Of a stretch of 53,827 nucleotides of DNA, positions 10,531 through 19,416 are shown piece after piece. The DNA lies in assembly GCA_964407715.1 (NCBI GenBank), contig CAYOWP010000002.1, forward strand, positions 1 to 53,827, in the 5' to 3' direction. Every line of letters starts with the position of its first letter. Positions within the stretch are counted from its first letter, which is position 1. This DNA comes from an uncultured archaeon (GTDB lineage Archaea > EX4484-52 > JAADEF01). Made by a program: the position numbers and the translations under genes. The notes under the pieces are model-generated. The model made no database searches. It was not told where the DNA came from and saw only the letters and a program-made list of their open reading frames with translations.

Positions 10531-11300
10531 GGTTCAATTTGGGTAGAAAAGTTTCTTAATGGTTGATTAGAGGAATAGCCAACCAAAGAACAACTTAAAA
10601 AGGTTAGCTTTCTACGAAATCTTTATGAAAGTAATATCCTCACATTAACCATTTTTATTTATTTAACATAGATGGTTAATGGGAAGAGGTCATCTCAAAA
10701 TTGCAGTTTGCAGTAGGTGACCTCTTTGAGTGTTTAGGAAGCAGTTAACCTAAAGAAGAGGTTAGCATTCTGTGATATGCTATTGAAAGGTGATATCCTC
10801 CAGTTAACAATCTTTTATTTATTTGATATAATTGGTTAACGGAAATCATACCTCCCTGAGAGAGCATATCACAACAGCTAACCTCTCTGAGCGTTTAGGA
10901 AGCAGTTAACCATTAAAATAGGTTAGCATGCTCTTATGTGCTTAGTATAGTGATATTCTCCCGTTAACAATTTTATTCAAAATAAATAAAAAATGGTTAA
11001 TGGGAAAATGTCATCTCAAAAGGCACATTAGAGCATGCTAACCGTTTAAGGAGGATAGCGTGCTGTAATATGGTTGCGATAGCGATTCTGCGCGTTAACG
11101 AGTTATATTGAATAAATAAAATATGGTTAACAGGAAGTGTACATTACATCAATGGTACTATGCAGCAGCTATCCTTTTGAAGAGGTTAGCTGCTCTAAAA
11201 CCTCCGCAAAAGATGACGTCTCTCCGTTAACCATTTTTATCTAAAAATTTTTAGTTAACAGGGAGATATATTGTGATATAGAGCACAGTTCCAATTAACA
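10531..11300. repeat. Modular palindromic repeat array, copy E2 (largest; 9 full monomers, no cap seen)
   Basis: Monomers at 10602-10650, 10674-10722, 10760-10809, 10834-10883, 10921-10969, 10995-11043, 11053-11100, 11125-11174 and 11184-11232. 28-bp modules at 10723-10750 and 10884-10911. Confidence 0.93.
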
Positions 11301-11340
11301 AATTTTAATATTTAAAATATTAAAATATATGCTTTAATAT

Positions 11341-11607
11341 ATGGTTTCATCTGAGAGTTCAGATATCGAAAACAGGATAAGGAGTGAAACTCTCAAATGG
11401 TTAGATAAAATAAAAAATACAAAAATAGAGGAAATAGAGGAAAATAGAATAGCTAAAGAAATAAAGGAAAATATAAAGGCATATATAAAGGATACAGAAT
11501 ATTTCTTAGGGAGGAATATGCTCATTGAGGCTTTTGAATCAATTGTTTGGGCATGGGCATGGTTGGAAATAGGAGCAAGATTGAATATACTTAAAATGGT
11601 GAAATGA
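11341..11607 (+). CDS. DUF357 family protein
   Basis: AYIKDTEYF...AFESIVWAWAWLEIG resembles the archaeal DUF357 pattern. Confidence 0.75.
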   Translation: MVSSESSDIENRIRSETLKWLDKIKNTKIEEIEENRIAKEIKENIKAYIKDTEYFLGRNMLIEAFESIVWAWAWLEIGARLNILKMVK

Positions 11608-12516
11608 ATGTTAAGGATTGTTTTCTTGGGGACAAGCGCAGCAATACCTACAAGAGATAGAAATACACCATGTATTTATTTTGAGTACGATTATGATATT
11701 AGATTTCTCATTGATATTGGTGAATGTTGCCAAAAGGAATTAATGAAAAGAAATCTAAAATTTATGAGAATAAACCACATATTCATATCGCATTGGCATG
11801 CTGATCACTTTGCAGGTCTTATAGGGCTTATACATACAATGGCTCTTGAAGGTAGAGAAAAGCCACTTCATATTTATGGTCCAAAGAGAACTAAGGAATT
11901 TGTTGATAAAATAACAACCTTAGGATATTATGCAAGAAAGTTTCCTATAATATCTCATGAATTAAAAGATAATGAAGAGGTGGATTTTGATTATTTTACG
12001 ATTAAAGCGATGGAGGTTGAACATAGAATTCCATCGCTTGGATATATATTTGAGGAAAAGGAAAAGCTTAGAGCAAACATGGAAAAGGCAAAACAATATG
12101 GTCTTAGGACAGGGCCTCTTATAGGAAAGTTAAAGAGGGGAGAAGAAATAGTGTTTAAAGGAAAAATTATAAGACCTCAAGATATCATAGAGCATATAAA
12201 GGGCTTAAAGGTTGTATATACAGGAGATACAAAATATACAAGCAAGATTGTTGAATATGCAAAAGATGCTGATCTTCTAATTGCAGAAGCAACATTAGAT
12301 GAAGAAGATTTTGATGAGAGCTTATATCATTTATCTAATGTGCAAGCAGCAGAGATTGGAAAAGCTGCTAATGTAAAGAAGGTTGTTCTTACGCATATCT
12401 CTAGAAGATATACATCAAAAAAAGAAAGTTTGGAGAATTTCTTAAAAAAAGCAAAAGATATATTTGAGAATATAGAGATTGCCTATGATGGCATGGAAAT
12501 TATTCTCAAGAAATAA
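11608..12516 (+). CDS. rnz: Ribonuclease Z
   Basis: FLGTSAAIP, HWHADH, YTGDT, EAT and LTHISRRY motifs; GP exosite arm. Confidence 0.95.
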   Translation: MLRIVFLGTSAAIPTRDRNTPCIYFEYDYDIRFLIDIGECCQKELMKRNLKFMRINHIFISHWHADHFAGLIGLIHTMALEGREKPLHIYGPKRTKEFVDKITTLGYYARKFPIISHELKDNEEVDFDYFTIKAMEVEHRIPSLGYIFEEKEKLRANMEKAKQYGLRTGPLIGKLKRGEEIVFKGKIIRPQDIIEHIKGLKVVYTGDTKYTSKIVEYAKDADLLIAEATLDEEDFDESLYHLSNVQAAEIGKAANVKKVVLTHISRRYTSKKESLENFLKKAKDIFENIEIAYDGMEIILKK

Positions 12517-12518
12517 TG

Positions 12519-14006
12519 CTAAAGCAGCCATTTTTTACTTTCCCTTAATAGGTTTATGTTATCTGTATATGTATTCCTTATATCTGTGAAGTTATAATAA
12601 TTCATGATAATTCTTTCCAAGCCAAGTCCCCAGGCTAACACAGGAATTTCTTTTCCTAATAATGGCTTTACAACTTCAGGTCTAAATATTCCTGCACCTC
12701 CTAGCTCTGTCCAACCTTTCCCGGGTATCAATACCTCTATCTCCATTGAAAGCTCAGTATATGGGAAGTATGCTGGTCTAATTCTTATATTTGTATGCCC
12801 CATCTTGCTAAAGAACTCTTTTATATATCCTATGAGATGTCTAAAATTTAGGTTCTCATCAACTACTATACCCTCAACCTGATAGAACTCAAATAGATGT
12901 TTCCAGTCCAATGTTTCATTTCTGAAGACCTTACCTATTGCAAAGTATTTCTTTGGCAAATCCTTTATATCTATGTTATAAAGCGTGAGAGCAGAAAGTG
13001 CTGTTGTGTGAGTTCTTAATACCCATTCCTTTGCTTTCTTCTCATCATATTCATAACCCCAGCCTATGCTATTTTTATCCCCTTTCTCGTGCATTATCTT
13101 TATTTTTTTGAGTAGCGTAGCATCAATATTATTGGATTTTTGCATGTCAATATAGAATGTATCTTGCATCTCTCTTGCTGGATGGTTTTGAGGTACAAAT
13201 AAGGCATCAAAATTCCAAAAGGATTCGATTAGCATATTTCCTCTCATTTCCTCAAATCCCATATCTAACCATATCTTTCTTATATATTCTATTGCTTGAG
13301 TTACATAATGCTTTTTTCCTGGATATAAAGAATATGATTGTGCATAAATATTATATTTCTTAAATGTTTTATTTCTCCAAGATTCCTTTATTATTATTTC
13401 AGGTGTTACTTCTTTTATTGTTTCTTCATATTTTATCGTAGTATTTTTTCCTTTCTGAGTTATCTTTATATATTTTACAGTTTTTGGTATTACCTCTATG
13501 AACTTTCTTTTTTTAAGAATCTCTAAGATTTTCTGATCAATATTTAGCGAGAAATATTCCTTATTGCCTATCTCTTTGAGATAGTTTATTTCTTTCATAT
13601 CTTCCTCTGTACATTCTCTTTTCAATTTTACTATTCCCTGCACAATGTCTATAAGATTTTTATTCTTTGCCCATGCTATTGCTATATTCTTTTGAGGAAT
13701 ATCAATCCTCGAAATATGTATCTCTTTTCCAATCTCTTTCAGTTTATTAACTAAGATACATTCGGGTAACCCCTCCTCAAGAACCTTTTTTCCTTCTTCT
13801 GTAACTCTAATCTCTATTCTATCGCTTTCCTGAATATTTATAAGCCTATTATTCTGCATATCTAAGAGAGATCTCATAAGAATGGATTGATCAACATTTA
13901 TCTTGCTCAAGAGATCCTCAAATCTCACAATCCCTTTTTTATCTTTTTTTAATATCTCCAACACATCGCTCTTTATTAACTCTATATCCATAAAATTCTT
14001 AATCAT
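12519..14006 (-). CDS. pheS: Phenylalanine--tRNA ligase alpha subunit
   Basis: FWNFDALFVPQNHPAREMQDTF, LRTHTT, FRNETLD and YFPYTE motifs. Confidence 0.97.
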   Translation of the reverse strand: MIKNFMDIELIKSDVLEILKKDKKGIVRFEDLLSKINVDQSILMRSLLDMQNNRLINIQESDRIEIRVTEEGKKVLEEGLPECILVNKLKEIGKEIHISRIDIPQKNIAIAWAKNKNLIDIVQGIVKLKRECTEEDMKEINYLKEIGNKEYFSLNIDQKILEILKKRKFIEVIPKTVKYIKITQKGKNTTIKYEETIKEVTPEIIIKESWRNKTFKKYNIYAQSYSLYPGKKHYVTQAIEYIRKIWLDMGFEEMRGNMLIESFWNFDALFVPQNHPAREMQDTFYIDMQKSNNIDATLLKKIKIMHEKGDKNSIGWGYEYDEKKAKEWVLRTHTTALSALTLYNIDIKDLPKKYFAIGKVFRNETLDWKHLFEFYQVEGIVVDENLNFRHLIGYIKEFFSKMGHTNIRIRPAYFPYTELSMEIEVLIPGKGWTELGGAGIFRPEVVKPLLGKEIPVLAWGLGLERIIMNYYNFTDIRNTYTDNINLLRESKKWLL

Positions 14007-14027
14007 TATGTTTTTTTAAAAATTAAT

Positions 14028-14173
14028 GGCATTGTCCAATAATTCCCTCTTAACAAAATTTTGTTAAGCGGAGACATAACCTCCAAAATAGCACTTCATA
14101 GCAGTTTAACCATTTAAATAGGGCTATACCTCTTGTTAACCAAATTTCTCAAAATACATTATTGGACAATGCC
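14028..14173. mobile_element. 146-bp MITE-like element (copy E3 of the repeat family) with perfect 16-bp terminal inverted repeats
   Basis: GGCATTGTCCAATAAT (14028-14043) and ATTATTGGACAATGCC (14158-14173) enclose about one and a half monomers. No target-site duplication seen. Confidence 0.75.
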
Positions 14174-14229
14174 CGAGTTTGATAAAAAGAGGATAATTTT
14201 AAAAAGTTTTAATGGATATATACTTAATT

Positions 14230-14919
14230 ATGATTAAGAAGAACAATTGGAAGATTTTGTTAAATTCTTTTTATCTTGGAATTAAGGAATGGAAACTTCT
14301 TATTGGAATGATAATAATAGGTTTTTTAAATTTATATAGTTTTGCAGAATCTTTGTATTCTACATTTTTACCAGTTAAAATATGCTATATTATTACTCAA
14401 TTTATTTTATTAGTTGGTTATTTCCTTTTGCTTGGTAGATTATGCAGAAGGGTTTATAAGAAAGAAAAAATGGGTATTTTAAGTTTGGTTAAGCGTAGCT
14501 TTTTCTCTGGACTTGTTTTCTTTATTTTTGTTGTTATCTGGTATGCTTTTATAATTGCAATAGGAAAGATTACGCAAAATTTTTGGATACATTTTATCTT
14601 TCATATTCTATATCTGCTTTTGGTAACATCTGTAATACTTGAATGTATAAAAGTATTTTTCTTAGATAAAGATGTATTTTCTTTATATTCTGTTTTCTCG
14701 AGGATGGCTGATAAAAATTATTTATTTGGATATGCTATTACAATTGTTTTGGCTTTTGTATTATATTTTTTCTCAGAAGGATTAATGAATCTTTTGGTAT
14801 CAATTACATCAAACATTTTTTCAATAAAATTTATCTATTATCTCTTAAATGGTATCTTATTTGGATATATCTCACTTGTAATCATACTTTTCTTCTTTCA
14901 AGTTATTGATTTAGATTAA
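14230..14919 (+). CDS. Multi-pass membrane protein of unknown function
   Basis: About 6 hydrophobic segments. ATG 14230 lies ~25 bp after a TTTTAAAA box; the ORF track start is 14212. Confidence 0.75.
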   Translation: MIKKNNWKILLNSFYLGIKEWKLLIGMIIIGFLNLYSFAESLYSTFLPVKICYIITQFILLVGYFLLLGRLCRRVYKKEKMGILSLVKRSFFSGLVFFIFVVIWYAFIIAIGKITQNFWIHFIFHILYLLLVTSVILECIKVFFLDKDVFSLYSVFSRMADKNYLFGYAITIVLAFVLYFFSEGLMNLLVSITSNIFSIKFIYYLLNGILFGYISLVIILFFFQVIDLD

Positions 14920-14933
14920 GAAAATTTCTTTCT

Positions 14934-15800
14934 TTAAGAATATTTTTCAAACATGATTCGTCTTAGATCACCAACACTTCTTATATTCTCTTTATTTAAA
15001 TCAACTATTTTATAGTGAATTCCTAAAGGAAATTCACCTTTCAATTTATAATACTTATATAAATTCTTCTCCTTCAAATATGTTATAAATTTAGTATTTA
15101 TCTCTTCATTTATTCTATCTAATCTTTCTTCTAGACCTCTTTTAAATTCTTCACTTATTTCAGGCTGCTTTAGCATGCCTAATATCTCATCTCCGCCGAA
15201 CATAGCAAAAAGATCCCCTTTTTTGAAATATTTTCTCAAACTCTCTCCCACAATCCTTAAATACTCATCTCCATGAGCAAGTATAGTATATCCACAAATC
15301 TCATTTACTCCCTTTAAATTTTTAACATCTAATAAAATAAAGATAGGATATTTATCTCTCTTATTTTTGATAATATAATCTATTTTTTCGTATATTTCAT
15401 CATAATTTTTAGGAAATCCTGTATGCTCATGTTTCTTAGCATTCCTAAAAAAGGTTTCTATATTATTGTTACCATTTACTTTATTATAAATCTCCTTTAT
15501 AGCGCTCTTCAACCTCTCCAAGTTCTTCTTTGAATTATATCCATCTTTTCCATTTTCATAAAACTCCTCAACGACTTTGATTAATTCTACTGTAATCTCA
15601 AAAGCTTGAGAGTCATATCTCTTTTTTTTGTTTCCGTTATTGTTATAGAGTTTTTCAATCATATTCCTAGCACTTTTTAGATATTCTGGAATCTTTGAAG
15701 TCTCTGAGTAAGGATCATGCCTTTCTCCTATAAAATTATACATTCCTCTAATTTCCTGATGTAATGGAAAACTTATATTGAAACCATTATTTCCATTCAT
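14934..15800 (-). CDS. GGDEF-domain (diguanylate cyclase-like) protein
   Basis: LLDVKNLKGVNE..G...GDEYLRIVGESL...GDLFAMFGGDEI; GGTGA Shine-Dalgarno upstream. Confidence 0.82.
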   Translation of the reverse strand: MNGNNGFNISFPLHQEIRGMYNFIGERHDPYSETSKIPEYLKSARNMIEKLYNNNGNKKKRYDSQAFEITVELIKVVEEFYENGKDGYNSKKNLERLKSAIKEIYNKVNGNNNIETFFRNAKKHEHTGFPKNYDEIYEKIDYIIKNKRDKYPIFILLDVKNLKGVNEICGYTILAHGDEYLRIVGESLRKYFKKGDLFAMFGGDEILGMLKQPEISEEFKRGLEERLDRINEEINTKFITYLKEKNLYKYYKLKGEFPLGIHYKIVDLNKENIRSVGDLRRIMFEKYS

Positions 15801-15902
15801 TTTTTCACCATATCAATATCTATATAGGATTCTATATACTATAATATATCTTTAGATATCAATATATATTTATTTATATAAAATAGAAAGATTTTTAAAT
15901 GT

Positions 15903-16140
15903 AACGTTTCCAATAATTCTTTATTGTTAAGCAGAAACATAACCTCCAAAATAGCACTTCATAGCAGTTTAACCATTTAAATAGGGATGTGCTTCCTGTT
16001 AACAAATTGTCCAATAATTTTTGATGAGGATTTGTTAACGAAAAAATTCGTTCTTACAATCGCATTAGCTCTACAAAGTTAGCTTGCTCTAATGCACTTC
16101 TTTAAGAGGTTACTTTAATAGAGAATTATTGGACAATGCC
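15903..16140. repeat. Repeat-family copy E4 (nested, capped)
   Basis: Degenerate cap at 15903-15919, internal cap at 16006-16019, perfect right cap GAATTATTGGACAATGCC at 16123-16140. Shares a 50-bp identical stretch with E3. Confidence 0.88.
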
Positions 16141-16186
16141 AATAAAAAGACATCTCAAAAATGTTAAAGATTTCTTTAATAAGATT

Positions 16187-16476
16187 GGTTAACTGGAAGC
16201 TACCCAGTCAATGAGCAGCAGTAGAGCAGCTAACCTTAAAGATGAAGTTAGCATGCTACAAAACCTGTAGTAATAGCGATTTCTTCCCGTTAATAATTTT
16301 TATCTATTTAGAATAATTGGTTAACAAGAAACATAGCCTTATTCAAATGGTTTTTGGAGCAGGTTAACATGGGTGAAAGGTTACTTGCTTCATAATCGCT
16401 ATGAAGGGTTAATTGCTCTCATGTGCTTCTGTAAGAGATTACTTTTTCGCTTAACAAATGGAGAATTATTGGACAA
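16187..16476. repeat. Repeat-family copy E5 with right cap
   Basis: Monomers at 16187-16235, 16246-16295, 16319-16369 and 16407-16456; 28-bp module at 16379-16406; cap GAATTATTGGACAA at 16463-16476. Confidence 0.88.
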
Positions 16477-16518
16477 ATAAAAAGATTTTTAAAACAAGAA
16501 AACATAAGAAGATATGTT

Positions 16519-19416
16519 ATGTTTGAGAAATATGATTTTAAGAAAATTGAGGAGCATGTCTCAAAGCTGTGGGAGAAGGAGAAGGTATATGAGAAAGTAA
16601 AAGAATTCTTTTCACAATATCCAAAATTTTATTTCTTAGATGGACCTCCATATGCTACAGGATTCATACATATGGGTACAGCATGGAATAAAATCTTAAA
16701 GGATGCTTATATAAGATTCTTTAGAATGAAGGGAAGGAATGTGTTTGATAGAGCAGGATATGATACGCATGGAACTCCTATAGAGATAAAGGTAGAAAAG
16801 GAATTGGGATTTAAATCAAAAAAAGATATTGAAAATTTTGGTGTAGATAAATTCATTGAGAAATGTAGAGCATTTGCAACAAAATATATAGGAGTTATGA
16901 GTAAGCAGTTTAGGAACTTGGGAGTGTGGATGAACTTTGATGATCCTTATCTTACACTTTCAAAAGAATATATAGAAGGAGCGTGGTATACCTTTAAGGT
17001 TGCATATACAAAAGGATTGCTATACAAAGGCTTCTATCCTGTCCATGTATGTCCAAGATGTGAAACAGTGGTTGCATATAATGAGATAGAGTATACTAAG
17101 AAAAAAGATCCTTCTATTTATGTTAAGTTTAAACTAAAGAATGAAGAGGCATATGCTGTTATATGGACAACAACCCCATGGACATTACCAAGCAACACAG
17201 CAATAATGGTTCATCCAGATTTTGAGTATGCATATGTGAGAGTCAAGGATAACAAAGAAACATATATAATTGCAAAGGATTTGATCGTTAAAACCATGAA
17301 AAAATGGAAAATTAAGGATTATGAGATAATAAAGATAGTAAGAGGAATTGATCTTGAAGGAAAGGAATATGAGCATCCTCTCAAAGATAAAATTAAGCCA
17401 TTACAAAACATCAAAAAAGGTCATTTTATTATTACAAATCCAAGATTTGTTACACTTGAAGAGGGAACAGGTTTAGTGCATGTTGCACCCGGGCATGGTA
17501 AAGAGGACTATAAGGCAGCTCAGCCATATGGTATAGATATAATATCTCCTTTGAATTTAGATGGTACTTATAAGGAGGAAATAGGGGATGAAATAAAAGG
17601 CAAGTTTGTATTTAAAGCAAATGACCTCATAATTAAATGGTTAAAAGAAAAGAATGCTCTTATTTATAAAGAAGAGATAGAGCATGATTATCCAAAATGC
17701 TGGAGATGCTCTACTCCTCTTATTTTAATGGCAATTGATCAATGGTTCTTTAAAATTACAGCTATTAGAGATTTACTTTTAGAAGAAAACGAGCATGTTA
17801 AATGGCATCCTGAATGGGCTAAGAAAAGATTTAAAGGATGGTTGGAAAATTTGGATGACTGGCCAATCTCACGTCAAAGATATTGGGGTATTCCATTACC
17901 AATTTGGATATGTGATAAATGTGGAGATATTGAGGTTTTTGGTTCAAGTGAGGAATTAGAGAAAAGGAGTAATAAAAAGATAGAGGATTTGCATAGACCT
18001 TATATAGATAATATTACTTTTAAATGTGAGAAATGTAAAAAAGGAACTAAGAGAAGAGTATCTGATGTGTTGGATGTATGGTTTGATTCTGGTGTTGCAT
18101 CATGGGCAGCATTGAGTTATCCTATAAAAAAAGAATTGTTCGAGATGCTATGGCCATGTGATTTACAAATAGAAGGTGCTGATCAAATAAGAGGGTGGTG
18201 GAATTCACAAATGATAACCTCTGTTATAACATTTAATAAGCGCCCATTTAATAGAATAATATTTCACGGCCTTGTCTTGGATGCTAAAGGAGTAAAAATG
18301 AGCAAGAGCAAAGGAAATGTAATTACTCCAGAGGATGCTATAGAGAGATATGGCAGAGATGCTTTGAGGTTATATCTGCTCTCAGCACCTCCTTGGAATA
18401 ATTTCTACTTTAACTGGAAAGAATTGGAGAAAATCAATAAGATTATAAATACATACTGGAACATATATCAATTCATAAAAGCTTATGTTCAGAGGGATAA
18501 AGTAAATATAAAAGAGATGGAGCATTATGTAAAAAATAATTTTTATAGGTTTAATTTAGAGGATAAATGGATTATAGGAGAAATAGAGAAATTGTATGCT
18601 GCAAGAGAAAAGGAGTTTTATGAAATCCACAAGTTAGTTTCTGAATTGAATGATTTTACACTTCAAAAGTTTTCAAGAACATATATAAAACTTATAAGAG
18701 ATAGAGTAAGTTTGAATTATGATGGAGAAGATAAAATATATGCTTTTTATACTCTTTTATATGTAATGAAAAAACTAAATCTTTTATATGCCATTGCAAT
18801 GCCATATATCACAGAGTATATTCATCGAGAGATATTTGATAGCAATACCTCTATCCATATGCATATTTTGCCTACACAACATAAAGAGTTAATTGATAGC
18901 ACAGTTAAGGAGGTTATGAACTTAATCCTATCTATTGAAGATGTGGTTGCAAAGATGAGATATGAGAAAGGAATTAAAATAAGATATCCTCTACTTAAAA
19001 TTGGATTAAACATAAAAAATACAAACCTTAAGAAAAATTTGGAGAAAAATAAAGATCTTCTAAAGAACATGCTAAATGCAAAGGACATCATCTTTGAACC
19101 TATTTATGGTAAGAATGTTAAAAAAGAGGAAAGAAATAATTTCGCAGTATATATAGATTTCGCTGAAACAGAGGAATTAAAGAAGGAGAGGTTTGTTAGA
19201 GATTTCATAAGGAATATACAGGTTTCAAGAAAAAAGAAAAACAAGAGGATTGATGAAAAAGTTGAAATAATAATAGAGGTTAATAAGGATATTTCTGAAT
19301 TCTTAGATATGATAGAGAAAGAAACAAATTCTATAATTAAGGTTAGAGATTCTATTGAGAAATATGATGGATATGTTAAATATAAAGATATAGAAGGCAA
19401 AATTTTAGTGCTATAA
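16519..19416 (+). CDS. ileS: Isoleucine--tRNA ligase
   Basis: DGPPYATG, HMGT (HIGH), WTTTPWTLP, ISRQRYWG, DVWFDSG and KMSKS motifs. Confidence 0.97.
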   Translation: MFEKYDFKKIEEHVSKLWEKEKVYEKVKEFFSQYPKFYFLDGPPYATGFIHMGTAWNKILKDAYIRFFRMKGRNVFDRAGYDTHGTPIEIKVEKELGFKSKKDIENFGVDKFIEKCRAFATKYIGVMSKQFRNLGVWMNFDDPYLTLSKEYIEGAWYTFKVAYTKGLLYKGFYPVHVCPRCETVVAYNEIEYTKKKDPSIYVKFKLKNEEAYAVIWTTTPWTLPSNTAIMVHPDFEYAYVRVKDNKETYIIAKDLIVKTMKKWKIKDYEIIKIVRGIDLEGKEYEHPLKDKIKPLQNIKKGHFIITNPRFVTLEEGTGLVHVAPGHGKEDYKAAQPYGIDIISPLNLDGTYKEEIGDEIKGKFVFKANDLIIKWLKEKNALIYKEEIEHDYPKCWRCSTPLILMAIDQWFFKITAIRDLLLEENEHVKWHPEWAKKRFKGWLENLDDWPISRQRYWGIPLPIWICDKCGDIEVFGSSEELEKRSNKKIEDLHRPYIDNITFKCEKCKKGTKRRVSDVLDVWFDSGVASWAALSYPIKKELFEMLWPCDLQIEGADQIRGWWNSQMITSVITFNKRPFNRIIFHGLVLDAKGVKMSKSKGNVITPEDAIERYGRDALRLYLLSAPPWNNFYFNWKELEKINKIINTYWNIYQFIKAYVQRDKVNIKEMEHYVKNNFYRFNLEDKWIIGEIEKLYAAREKEFYEIHKLVSELNDFTLQKFSRTYIKLIRDRVSLNYDGEDKIYAFYTLLYVMKKLNLLYAIAMPYITEYIHREIFDSNTSIHMHILPTQHKELIDSTVKEVMNLILSIEDVVAKMRYEKGIKIRYPLLKIGLNIKNTNLKKNLEKNKDLLKNMLNAKDIIFEPIYGKNVKKEERNNFAVYIDFAETEELKKERFVRDFIRNIQVSRKKKNKRIDEKVEIIIEVNKDISEFLDMIEKETNSIIKVRDSIEKYDGYVKYKDIEGKILVL

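Noticed and set aside
10602-11232. TIGR-type or C/D-box guide array
   Set aside because: No recurring C/D box motifs, no ~36-nt direct periodicity and no Nop-domain gene nearby.
10531-11300. CRISPR array interpretation of the repeats
   Set aside because: Units alternate in orientation, conserved parts are short and degenerate, variable cores are related to each other, and no cas genes are present.
14019-14182. 9-bp target-site duplication around element E3
   Set aside because: The flanks AAAATTAAT and CGAGTTTGA do not match.
14934-15800. Cas10 palm domain or GTP cyclohydrolase III
   Set aside because: The motif is GGDE with upstream D..K..N and GD elements, not GGDD or GGDN, and the protein is too short for Cas10.
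3706-16476. Integron attC cassette array
   Set aside because: GTT/AAC boxes and hairpins are reminiscent, but the units are separated by ~24-bp AT linkers rather than gene cassettes and no integrase is in the window. Kept only as an analogy.
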